From Candidatus Sumerlaeaceae bacterium (GTDB lineage: Bacteria > Sumerlaeota > Sumerlaeia > Sumerlaeales > Sumerlaeaceae), in assembly GCA_049968255.1 (NCBI GenBank), contig JBMFRB010000007.1, forward strand, positions 96,001 to 160,000: a DNA stretch of 64,000 nucleotides, written 5' to 3'. Below, in pieces: positions 9,881 to 18,544 of the stretch. Each line of letters starts with the position of its first letter. Within the stretch, counting starts at the first letter, position 1. Position numbers and translations under genes: made by a program. The notes beneath the pieces are model-generated. The model did not search any database and was not told where the DNA came from. It saw only the letters and a program-made list of their open reading frames with translations.

Positions 9881-11031
9881 GTGCGACCGCTCTCGCGTAT
9901 GTGGCTGCAACGACACTGGCTATTGAGACAGCCGCCATGCTGCTTGCAATGCGCTTTCCGCAATGGGGAGGAGTGGCAATTTTCGCTAGCGTGGCGCTGG
10001 GTAGCGTGGTGGGACGGATCGCTTATGCAATGCGCAAAGGCATCGCCGAGTACATCGGCGAGATGGCTTTTGCGGAGCGAGCCTTGTTCGCGATTGTCCT
10101 TGTGCTTCTGTTCGCTGCTCCTTCGCTGTGGTCGAAGCAGTGGGAGCCTGCCCTCGGTGGAGTGGTGGTGCTTGCCGCGCTCACAGCTATGCTCTCCACC
10201 CCAGCAAGTTTTTATGCCCTTTACGTTGCGGCAAGTCTTGCCCACGCAGCTACACTGCCGGTTGTGCGAGGCGAAGTCGGCAATTTTGTTGTCGCGATTT
10301 TTCTCAGCACGCTGCTGGTTGCTAATGTTGCGGATCACTTTGCATTTCGGGCTCAATTTTTGCGCCTGAGTCGAGAATCCACGGCGCGTACGATTTTTTC
10401 AGCGCTGGTGGTGCCATGGTTCGCTGCATTGCTCGTCGCTGGAGCAGCCTTGCTGCTTTTGCCGGAAGGCACTCCTTTACTATCGAGAGGACCGCTCTCT
10501 TCGGGCCGCGTGCAGTTTGTCGCACGTTTCGACGGCGAACTCGCCACTGTTGGCAACGCCCTGTTTCGCGTTGCGAGTCTGCTTATGGTGAGTAGTGGGG
10601 TTCTTTTTTTATATTGGCTTCACCGCCGGTGGCAGCTTCGGCGCGCACAGCGGCTGATAGAGTTGGAGGAAGAAATGTTAGCAGATTATTTTATGGAGCT
10701 TGGCCGTGAGAAGGGAGCAAAAAGGACGCCCTCACGACCGCGCACGCTGCGTGGCAAAATGGTCGCGGCATTTGAGCGTTTCCTTGTGGAAGGGGCAACA
10801 GCGGGCTTTCCCCGCCGCGAGCCGATGACAGTTCAGGAATACCTCACAGTCCTTCGTCAGCGGGAGCTTGTTTCGGCTGAGATTGCAGACAAGCTGCTTA
10901 GGGAGTTTTTGCCGGCTAGGTATGGAAAAGCGCATGTGAAGAAGGAGGACGTGCAACGGTTTTCTAAGCTTGTGGAGCAAGCCATTGCCGACCTGCAGGC
11001 GCGGCTTACCTCCGCTGTGAGAGCTAATTGA
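9877..11031 (+). CDS. Multi-pass membrane protein with C-terminal DUF4129-like domain
   Basis: ATGA overlap with the DUF58 stop. Many TM helices; C-terminal GFPRREPMTVQEY...ARYG pattern. Confidence 0.7.
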   Translation: MSATALAYVAATTLAIETAAMLLAMRFPQWGGVAIFASVALGSVVGRIAYAMRKGIAEYIGEMAFAERALFAIVLVLLFAAPSLWSKQWEPALGGVVVLAALTAMLSTPASFYALYVAASLAHAATLPVVRGEVGNFVVAIFLSTLLVANVADHFAFRAQFLRLSRESTARTIFSALVVPWFAALLVAGAALLLLPEGTPLLSRGPLSSGRVQFVARFDGELATVGNALFRVASLLMVSSGVLFLYWLHRRWQLRRAQRLIELEEEMLADYFMELGREKGAKRTPSRPRTLRGKMVAAFERFLVEGATAGFPRREPMTVQEYLTVLRQRELVSAEIADKLLREFLPARYGKAHVKKEDVQRFSKLVEQAIADLQARLTSAVRAN

Positions 11032-11045
11032 GGAGTATCCCCTGC

Positions 11046-13763
11046 ATGAGTGGCGCAAGACACAACAACATATGGGATCGCATCGAGCCACTTCTCAACG
11101 GCGTTGAGAAACCTGCGCGTTATATCGGCGGTGAGTTCAATATCGTGCGCAAGCCTGACGAGCAAGTAGATGTTCGCGTGGCGCTAGCCTTCCCGGACAT
11201 TTACGACCTGGGAATGAGCTATCATGGCTTCAAGATTCTTTACGAGTTGGTCAATGCTGTTCCACGCTTTCAGGCGGAGCGTGTATTTGCCCCGGCAGTT
11301 GATTTTGAGGCCCTTTTGCGCGAGAAAGGCATACCGCTCTACACGCTGGAAACATTCTGTCCGTTGTACGCTTGCGACGTCATTGGTTTCTCTCTTCAGC
11401 ACGAAATGTGCTATACGAACATCCTGAACATGCTCGATCTTGGGGGCGTACCTCTTTTGGTTAGCCAGCGTGGCGAGAACGATCCGATTGTGATTGCCGG
11501 TGGCCACGGTGCATTCAACCCCGAGCCGTTAGCTGATTTTGTTGATGCATTCGTGATTGGCGATGGGGAATGGGCGCTGCTACAAATCTTAGCAACAATT
11601 CGTGACTTTAGGCATCCGGGTGCACAGGAGATCGAGAGGCTTTTGCAGCTCGAATGCTATCGGGGGGATGGCGCACGCGCGCGACGCCGGGCTGTGCCCA
11701 CGTTTGATCGTATTGAGGCGGAAGACGTCCGTTCATGGCTGCGCAATGGTGCGCAAACGCGTGAAGAACTTCTGCTTTCGTTGGCCAACATCCCAGGGGT
11801 GTACGTGCCACGCTTTTATCAATGCAGCTACAAGGAAGACGGCACGTTGGCAAGCATCGTCCCGGTTCGGCAGGATGTTCCTGGGCGTATCCAGAAGACG
11901 AATTACGATTTGCGCTCCGATTTTGGCAGCGTCAAGCCAGTGGTCCCGCTGACAAGGATTGTTCACGACCGGTTTGCGATCGAAATCAAGCGGGGTTGCA
12001 TGACTGGTTGCCGATTCTGCCAGGCCGGGATGATTACGCGCCCGCTGCGAGAACGCTCCCCGCAACAAATTATTGAAATTGCACGGCACGGAATCCGTAA
12101 CACGGGTTACGAGGAGATTTCCCTCTTGTCGCTCTCAAGCGCAGATTACTCGCAGATTCTGGCTTTGACACATGCGCTCCATGCAGAATTTGGACCGAGA
12201 GGCATATCGATTTCGCTGCCCTCGCTACGCATTAACGCTTTTGACGTCGAGTTAGCCGACGCCATCGCGACTGTGAGAAAAACTGGTTTCACATTTGCTC
12301 CGGAAGCTGGAACAGAGCGGCTACGGCGTGTGATCAACAAAGTTGTCGATGAGGAGCGACTGGTTACGACCATCGAGCGCGTGCTGCAGAAGGGCTGGCG
12401 CACGCTGAAGTTCTACTTCATGTGCGGCTTACCCACAGAGACCGACGCCGACCTCGACGGAATCGTCGAAATTGCGCGCAAGGCCATTGAGCTGGGTAAA
12501 CGCTACTGTGGAAGGAACTTTCAGCTCAATGTTTCGCTTTCACCTTTCGTGCCGAAGCCCCATACACCGTTCCAGTGGCATGCGCAGCCGACGCTGGATG
12601 AACTCGAGAGAAAGTATTCCTATGTTGACCAACGTCTGGATAAGCGTTATGTGTCCTTCAAAAAACACAACGTTTACGAGAGTGTGATTGAGGGCGTGCT
12701 CAGCCGGGCAGATCGGCGAGTTGGGCGCGCGATTTATCGCGCTTGGCAGTTAGGTTGTAAATTTGATAACTGGCACGAGCATTTCCGTTTCGACTTGTGG
12801 CAGCAGGCCTTTGCCGAGACAGGAATTGATCCATATTTCTATGCGCACCGGGAGCGACATCCGGATGAGGTCTTGCCGTGGGATCATATCGAGGCATCGC
12901 TGGGAAAAAAATTCCTGTGGAAGGAAAAAGAAAAGGCTGAGCAAGTTGCGTTCACGCCTGACTGTTCGACGAACAAATGTGCCGGCTGCAACGTTTGCGA
13001 CTTTCGCGAAGTAAAAAATATTTTGTCTGTGCGCGAGGATGGAGAGTTTTTCGCGCCGACATCAGAGACCCCGTCGCTTCGCGAGCAAGAGATGCCGGTT
13101 GAACGGGTGCGGCTGACCTACTCAAAATCTGGGGCACTCCGCTTTATCTCGCATCTCGATTTTGTCAAAGTCATTACACAGATCATGAGAAGAGTGGATC
13201 TGCCCTTAGCCTTCACTCACGGCTTCAATCCGCAGGCGCGTTTGCAGTTTGCGCCGCCGCTTCCTCTCGGTTTTGAGGCCGCCGCCGATCTCGTGGACAT
13301 ATGGCTGACAGAGTGGATGTCCGAGGATGAGCTACTGAGCCTCTTGCGCACCATTGAGCTTGATGGCTTGAGCTGGCTTCGCTGCGAACAAATCGCCATG
13401 GATCTTCCTTCGCTTGGATCCGATGTCGTCGGGGCAAACTACGAGATTTGTTTTCCGGCCTCCCAAGTAGATTTGCTTCTTCTTTCGGAACGTTTTCGCA
13501 AATTCGAAAAGGCCATCGAATGGCCTCTGACCTTGGAGAAAAAAGGAAAGACTGCCAGGCGCGATCTCAAGCGCTCGATTGGTAAATTATCGTGGATGGC
13601 GACAGACGATGCCGTCGTTGTTGAAATGCAGATGTCGCTCGTGAGCGGCGAGCATGTGAACCCCCTGGCTGCGCTGGAAGCCATCTTGGGGATGCGGTTC
13701 ACATCATGCGTTTTTGTGGTGCGAAAGTCTTTAATACTCCAGAGTCACGTCGCTGCCGTTTAA
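11046..13763 (+). CDS. TIGR03960 B12-binding radical SAM protein fused to TIGR03936 (DUF2344) radical SAM-linked domain
   Basis: VEKPARYIGGE, FPDIYDLGMS, CMTGCRFC, TFAPEAG, FVPKPHTPFQ and LPWDHI; C-terminal RFISHLD..GFNP..PLPLG. Confidence 0.9.
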   Translation: MSGARHNNIWDRIEPLLNGVEKPARYIGGEFNIVRKPDEQVDVRVALAFPDIYDLGMSYHGFKILYELVNAVPRFQAERVFAPAVDFEALLREKGIPLYTLETFCPLYACDVIGFSLQHEMCYTNILNMLDLGGVPLLVSQRGENDPIVIAGGHGAFNPEPLADFVDAFVIGDGEWALLQILATIRDFRHPGAQEIERLLQLECYRGDGARARRRAVPTFDRIEAEDVRSWLRNGAQTREELLLSLANIPGVYVPRFYQCSYKEDGTLASIVPVRQDVPGRIQKTNYDLRSDFGSVKPVVPLTRIVHDRFAIEIKRGCMTGCRFCQAGMITRPLRERSPQQIIEIARHGIRNTGYEEISLLSLSSADYSQILALTHALHAEFGPRGISISLPSLRINAFDVELADAIATVRKTGFTFAPEAGTERLRRVINKVVDEERLVTTIERVLQKGWRTLKFYFMCGLPTETDADLDGIVEIARKAIELGKRYCGRNFQLNVSLSPFVPKPHTPFQWHAQPTLDELERKYSYVDQRLDKRYVSFKKHNVYESVIEGVLSRADRRVGRAIYRAWQLGCKFDNWHEHFRFDLWQQAFAETGIDPYFYAHRERHPDEVLPWDHIEASLGKKFLWKEKEKAEQVAFTPDCSTNKCAGCNVCDFREVKNILSVREDGEFFAPTSETPSLREQEMPVERVRLTYSKSGALRFISHLDFVKVITQIMRRVDLPLAFTHGFNPQARLQFAPPLPLGFEAAADLVDIWLTEWMSEDELLSLLRTIELDGLSWLRCEQIAMDLPSLGSDVVGANYEICFPASQVDLLLLSERFRKFEKAIEWPLTLEKKGKTARRDLKRSIGKLSWMATDDAVVVEMQMSLVSGEHVNPLAALEAILGMRFTSCVFVVRKSLILQSHVAAV

Positions 13764-14836
13764 CGGGAGCGTAGCGCTCGACCAATGCGTGTGAGTAACA
13801 ATTCCAAGACGTAAGTGCGATCAGTCTGGCGGGGAACATACTCATAGGCATTCATGACGGCACGGCTAGCTTGCACAAGCGCCTCGACGTCGCTTGCCCC
13901 GGCAAATTTTCGGACTTGGTCAGTAACGTCACGAAAGATCGCAAGTTGAGCAGCGGTGCTCGCTGAAACAGTTCGCTGAAGCAAGGCATCCCGCAGCCAC
14001 GCAAGAAGTGCATCGAGCGTTTGTGTGAGCTTTTCCGAGGCGTCGCCTTCGTGACATCTCTGGGCGAGACGACGAGCCGTGCCGAAGAGCGCCAGAAAAC
14101 CGTGCTCGCGGAACTGGATCATTTCCGTTGCCAGTGCGGCGTGGTCGGCGTGAGCGTCTTGGTTAAGCATCTCTAAAAAGCGACCTGGCCGTCCGCCACT
14201 GATTGAGAGAAGCAGGTGGCGAGCTTCGGGAGATAAATCGGGCGCCAGTTCTCTGCTAAATGCTTCCATTTCGCGAATGCTGACGGGAGAAAGGTTCAAT
14301 GGAGCGCACCGCGACCGGATCGTGGGCAGGACGTCAGTTGGTCGCGAAGCGAGCAGGAAAATCTTCAAGTACGACGGAGGCTCTTCTATCAATTTTAGCA
14401 AATAATTAGCTAACGAGAGGTTCATCCGCTCAGCTTTTCGAAAGACTAACACTTTGCAGCGGCATTCGAGCGGCGGTGCGTCAACAAAACGATAATATTG
14501 AAGGTCGTCGGGGTCATCCTTGCCTGGCTTCCATCCGCTCAACGTGAGCTGGCCAGAGGCGCTTCGCGGCTCAATGAGGAGGAAATCCGGTGTACGACCA
14601 AGGCGAATTTTGCGGCAAATATGACAGGGGCATTCAGGTGGCGCTCCGAATTTGCAGTTGAGCAGTTTTGTGGTTGCGTAAGCGAGACTCGTGCGGCCGA
14701 TGCCGGAAGGGCCAGTTATGAGCACAGCATGCGGCAGGACATCGTCCGCCACCGCGTTGTGCAGATATTGTTTTATGGACTCGTGGCCGACTAAAGTGCG
14801 CAATGTGTGTTCGCGCGGATCAATGATAGGGTTCAT
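13760..14836 (-). CDS. holB: DNA polymerase III subunit delta'
   Basis: HAVLITGPSGIGR, Zn site (C..CPCHIC), ANYLLKLIEEPP and LPTIRSRC. Confidence 0.85.
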   Translation of the reverse strand: MNPIIDPREHTLRTLVGHESIKQYLHNAVADDVLPHAVLITGPSGIGRTSLAYATTKLLNCKFGAPPECPCHICRKIRLGRTPDFLLIEPRSASGQLTLSGWKPGKDDPDDLQYYRFVDAPPLECRCKVLVFRKAERMNLSLANYLLKLIEEPPSYLKIFLLASRPTDVLPTIRSRCAPLNLSPVSIREMEAFSRELAPDLSPEARHLLLSISGGRPGRFLEMLNQDAHADHAALATEMIQFREHGFLALFGTARRLAQRCHEGDASEKLTQTLDALLAWLRDALLQRTVSASTAAQLAIFRDVTDQVRKFAGASDVEALVQASRAVMNAYEYVPRQTDRTYVLELLLTRIGRALRSR

Positions 14837-14896
14837 GCCTACCTTCTTTCGGCGGGACAAAATTAGCGTGGAAAGGGGTGCCTTCGGCAAGTATCT

Positions 14897-15505
14897 TCAA
14901 GGGGCCACACTTTCCTGCTCAAGTTCGGAGAGATATTCCCGGATCAGGACTTTCGCGTGATACGCGTCGCGCAAAAGCACGTGGATGTCGCCTCCATGAT
15001 GGCCGAGCACGGTGGCTTGCGAGAGTGTGCAAGGAATGCCCTGATTGCGAAGAAGGCCTAACACGAGACTGCACTTGAGCGGATCAGAAATCCGCGCAAC
15101 ACGAATGGTGGTATCGTTGCCATAGGAGGTGGTTCGAGAATCGTCTTCTTCCGGCTCACTTTGAAGTTCTACGCCGCATTCCTCGCAGATCTCCGTTTCA
15201 GGCACGTAGGCACTTGCGCACACCGGACAATACCGGAGTGGTAGGACCTCAAGCGAGGCGTTGGCCACACCGTCAATGCCAAGCGCTGTCTCCTCTTCTG
15301 TCGGTGCTTGGGATGTTTTGCTTACGGTGTGCTGACGAGTCGGAGAGCGTCCAATTTTGCGCATCAATAGCTGCAGGGCGGCCACAATTGCCAACGTGGG
15401 AAGAATTGTGCCGACCGACGCCGTGGACAGGCCGTGAAAAGACGTTGCGTCGGCATAACCAATGCCGGTCGTCACCGTTGTAATTTCTTGCGCTTGCGCT
15501 GACAT
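14897..15505 (-). CDS. Membrane-anchored zinc-ribbon / DUF2007-like protein
   Basis: One TM, then CPVC..CEEC, then a GLLRNQGIPC...IHV...AKVLI pattern typical of DUF2007. Start uncertain. Confidence 0.6.
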   Translation of the reverse strand: MSAQAQEITTVTTGIGYADATSFHGLSTASVGTILPTLAIVAALQLLMRKIGRSPTRQHTVSKTSQAPTEEETALGIDGVANASLEVLPLRYCPVCASAYVPETEICEECGVELQSEPEEDDSRTTSYGNDTTIRVARISDPLKCSLVLGLLRNQGIPCTLSQATVLGHHGGDIHVLLRDAYHAKVLIREYLSELEQESVAP

Positions 15506-15616
15506 AGTTCTTGGTTTAGTCTTCCATGGCAATATATTGTTTTTGTGGCAAGGCATTTCCGGGACGAGAGGAGGCGGAGATATTGCGTATCGCACGCTGA
15601 GAAAAAACGATAGATG

Positions 15617-15633
15617 TCTACAATTTTTATAGG
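15617..15633. promoter_or_regulatory. Candidate Rrf2/CymR operator, copy 1
   Basis: TCTACAATTTTTATAGG, an imperfect AT-rich palindrome overlapping a TACAAT -10-like hexamer upstream of the rrf2 gene. 14/17 identical to 18510-18526. Confidence 0.5.
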
Positions 15634-15662
15634 AGATTTCGGTAAAAGATTGCGGTGACGGC

Positions 15663-16097
15663 ATGAAACTGACGAAGAAAGCAGAGTATGCGATTCGAGC
15701 GATGATTGCGCTGGGGAGGGACCCCGCGAGCCAGCGCACCATTGCGAGTATTGCGCAGGAGCAGAAGATTCCGAAAAAATTCCTGGAGCAAATTTTGCTG
15801 GCCCTAAAAGGCGCTGGTCTGGTGGTGAGCCGTGCTGGCCCCCACGGTGGTTATCGCCTTGCGAAAGGAGCTGAGGCAATCTCGCTGGGGTCAATTTTAC
15901 AAGCGATTGACGAGCCCTTGGCGCGAGGCATCGTTCGTGGTGGGAGCCGACGAGTCAGTGGCGAGTCCCCTCTCGACCACGTGTTGGCCGAAATTCGTCA
16001 GTGTTTGGCGCAGCGAATCAATCAGGTCACGCTTGCAGAACTCGCGGCTGAAGGCACCACCCCTGAACAGGTGGAAGAACTCATGTGGTACATCTAA
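15663..16097 (+). CDS. Rrf2-family transcriptional regulator, CymR-like
   Basis: [21 protein letters not shown] and [12 protein letters not shown]; no IscR three-Cys set; C-terminal LMWYI tail; adjacent to cysK. Confidence 0.88.
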   Translation: MKLTKKAEYAIRAMIALGRDPASQRTIASIAQEQKIPKKFLEQILLALKGAGLVVSRAGPHGGYRLAKGAEAISLGSILQAIDEPLARGIVRGGSRRVSGESPLDHVLAEIRQCLAQRINQVTLAELAAEGTTPEQVEELMWYI

Positions 16098-16116
16098 ATT
16101 TGTGGAGGACAAATTC

Positions 16117-17091
16117 ATGGCACGGGTTTTCAACAACATTATCGAAACAATTGGCAATACACCCCTGGTTCGCCTGAACAAGGTCACAGAGGGAGCCGAG
16201 GCGACTGTTTTGGCGAAGCTGGAATTTTTCAATCCCTTGTCCAGCGTAAAGGACCGCATTGGAGCGGCGATGATCGAATGGCTTGAGAAGAACAAGGGAA
16301 TCGAGCCGGGAAAGACTACGCTCATTGAACCGACGAGTGGCAACACGGGCATTGCTCTTGCGTTCGTTGCAGCAGCCCGAGGCTATCGGCTGATTCTTAC
16401 CATGCCCGAAACGATGTCTATTGAGCGCAGAAAACTGCTTAAAATTCTAGGGGCCAAGCTGGTGTTGACCGAAGGTACGAAAGGGATGAAGGGAGCTATT
16501 GCTAAGGCAGAAGAGTTGGCGCAGAAGATTCCGAATGCGGTGATTCCACAGCAGTTTTCAAATCCCGCAAATCCTGAAATTCACCGGAAGACAACGGCGG
16601 AAGAAATTTGGCATGATACGGATGGCGAAGTCGATTACGTGGTGGCAGGGGTCGGGACAGGCGGCACGATCACGGGTGTCGCCGAGGTGATCAAATCGCG
16701 GCGGCCGTCGTTCAAGGCCATCGCTGTTGAGCCGGCTGGCTCACCGGTGTTGAGCGGCGGTCAACCAGGTCCGCACAAGATCCAAGGTATCGGCGCTGGT
16801 TTCGTTCCGGAGGTTCTGAACACGAAGATCATTGACGAGGTCATAACCGTGCGCGAGGAGGATGCCGCAGTTTACGCCAAGCGCGTGGCTCGCGAGGAAG
16901 GGATTGGCATCGGCATATCGAGCGGGGCGGCTGTGTGGGCAGCGTGCCAAGTGGCCAAGCGTCCAGAAGCAAAAGGCAAAACCATTGTGGTGATCATTCC
17001 GTCACCAGCCGAGCGCTACCTTAGTTCTTGGCTTTTCCAGGATATTGATGTGGAAAGCGACGACGTCGAAGGCGAAATGGGTTTGCGCTAA
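16117..17091 (+). CDS. cysK: Cysteine synthase A (O-acetylserine sulfhydrylase)
   Basis: IGNTPLV, SVKDRI (PLP Lys), [25 protein letters not shown] and ERYLS. SD GGAGG. Confidence 0.97.
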   Translation: MARVFNNIIETIGNTPLVRLNKVTEGAEATVLAKLEFFNPLSSVKDRIGAAMIEWLEKNKGIEPGKTTLIEPTSGNTGIALAFVAAARGYRLILTMPETMSIERRKLLKILGAKLVLTEGTKGMKGAIAKAEELAQKIPNAVIPQQFSNPANPEIHRKTTAEEIWHDTDGEVDYVVAGVGTGGTITGVAEVIKSRRPSFKAIAVEPAGSPVLSGGQPGPHKIQGIGAGFVPEVLNTKIIDEVITVREEDAAVYAKRVAREEGIGIGISSGAAVWAACQVAKRPEAKGKTIVVIIPSPAERYLSSWLFQDIDVESDDVEGEMGLR

Positions 17092-17131
17092 TTCGCTAAG
17101 GCCACAAGTCCGCGAAAGGAGGGAGCAGGCC

Positions 17132-17521
17132 ATGTTTTTTAGACGTTTTCTCGCAATGAGAGGAAGTCTTCTCTTTGTTGTGGCCCTGCTTTCAGGTTGT
17201 GGCTCTGCTCCCCCCCTCCCCTTTAGCAATGTGCCGGTGACTATTCCGGCTTTCACCTCCGACCGCCCAACAACCACGAGTGTGATGCGCGTCGGCAGTT
17301 GGATCGAAGAAACTGTGGCACTTCCGAGTGCCAAATTGGAAGACGTCGAAAGAGCAGTTCAACGCTTAAAGAATGAGGGGTGGAGGGTGTTACAGACCGA
17401 AATGCAGGTGAATTCGTGGCAGTTCCTGCTCGAAAAAGAAGGTGTCCAGGTCAATTTTCTTTATCACGCCGGACGCGGCGCCACAGTGATAGCTCGCCGT
17501 CGAGCAGAGGGAAAAGATTGA
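17132..17521 (+). CDS. Hypothetical lipoprotein
   Basis: SD AAGGAGG; basic N-terminus, hydrophobic stretch and LSGC lipobox. Confidence 0.65.
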   Translation: MFFRRFLAMRGSLLFVVALLSGCGSAPPLPFSNVPVTIPAFTSDRPTTTSVMRVGSWIEETVALPSAKLEDVERAVQRLKNEGWRVLQTEMQVNSWQFLLEKEGVQVNFLYHAGRGATVIARRRAEGKD

Positions 17522-17533
17522 AAGGGCCAACGC

Positions 17534-18376
17534 ATGCGGCTTGAGCTCAAGGACATTTCTCGAACGTACGTTAGCCATCGGCGCAACGGTTTCAACCAGG
17601 TGGCCGCGCTTGGTCCACTGTCGTTGACAATCGACTCGCGCGAGTTTTTTGCGATCTTAGGCCCGTCCGGCTGCGGCAAGTCGACCTTGCTCAACGTGAT
17701 TGCTGGCTTCGAAAAATCGGACACTGGCGAAGTTCGGCTCGATGGCAAGCTCGTCCGCCAGCCGGGACCGGATCGAGCCGTCGTGTTTCAGGAACCGGGA
17801 TTGATGCCATGGTTGACCGTGCGCGAGAACATCGAGTATGGTCTCAAATTACAAGGCCTAAGTCCTGCTGAAAGAAGAGACCGCGCGATGCATTATCTTA
17901 AAATGGTCCACCTGTCTAAGTATGCGGACGCGCGCCCTCATGAGCTGTCCGGAGGCATGAAGCAACGGGTAAGCATCGCTCGCGCGCTGGCTTTGGAGCC
18001 TCGGATTCTGCTCATGGACGAGCCGTTCAGTGCGCTGGACGCCCAAACACGCGATCTTTTGCACGATGAGCTCCAGAGGATCTGGATCGAGACTCACGTG
18101 ACGGTGATTTTCGTGACGCACAATATCAATGAGGCGGTTTATCTGGCGGACAAGATTTTGATCATGACGGCGCCTCCGGGCCAGGTCAAGCGAGTTCTAC
18201 GGGTACCTTTCGCCCGTCCCAGGCAGAAGACGTCCTCAGATTTGAGCGTATTTGCGGCCATGCTGCACAAGGAAATCAAGGAAGAGGTGGACAAAGTCGC
18301 TGCGCGTGAATTTGATCCGGATTGGACGCCGGCCGTGCGCGGGGAGGCACTTGTTGACCCGGCTGCCGAGATTTGA
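17534..18376 (+). CDS. Sulfonate/nitrate/taurine-type ABC transporter ATP-binding protein (SsuB/TauB-like)
   Basis: GPSGCGKS, VVFQE..LMPWLTV, LSGGMKQR, LMDEPFSALD and FVTHN. Confidence 0.92.
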   Translation: MRLELKDISRTYVSHRRNGFNQVAALGPLSLTIDSREFFAILGPSGCGKSTLLNVIAGFEKSDTGEVRLDGKLVRQPGPDRAVVFQEPGLMPWLTVRENIEYGLKLQGLSPAERRDRAMHYLKMVHLSKYADARPHELSGGMKQRVSIARALALEPRILLMDEPFSALDAQTRDLLHDELQRIWIETHVTVIFVTHNINEAVYLADKILIMTAPPGQVKRVLRVPFARPRQKTSSDLSVFAAMLHKEIKEEVDKVAAREFDPDWTPAVRGEALVDPAAEI

Positions 18377-18509
18377 GCACGAAGGCTAGTCCGCGGCCTT
18401 TTGTCTCCGCCAACAGCGTGAATTGGCTCCGAACTAGCACCGCACCCCTGAGAGGAGGGAGCAATGAGGTAGATGGCCAAGAAGAGGAGGCATAATGATT
18501 ATCTATAAA

Positions 18510-18526
18510 TCTACTATTTGTATCGG
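18510..18526. promoter_or_regulatory. Candidate Rrf2/CymR operator, copy 2
   Basis: TCTACTATTTGTATCGG, 14/17 identical to 15617-15633; overlaps a TACTAT -10-like hexamer upstream of the binding-protein gene. Confidence 0.45.
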
Positions 18527-18544
18527 TGAAGTGAGGTTTGGATA

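Noticed and set aside
15832-16116. N-terminal extension of CysK in the ORF track
   Set aside because: It overlaps the rrf2 gene. The SD and the conserved start are at 16117.
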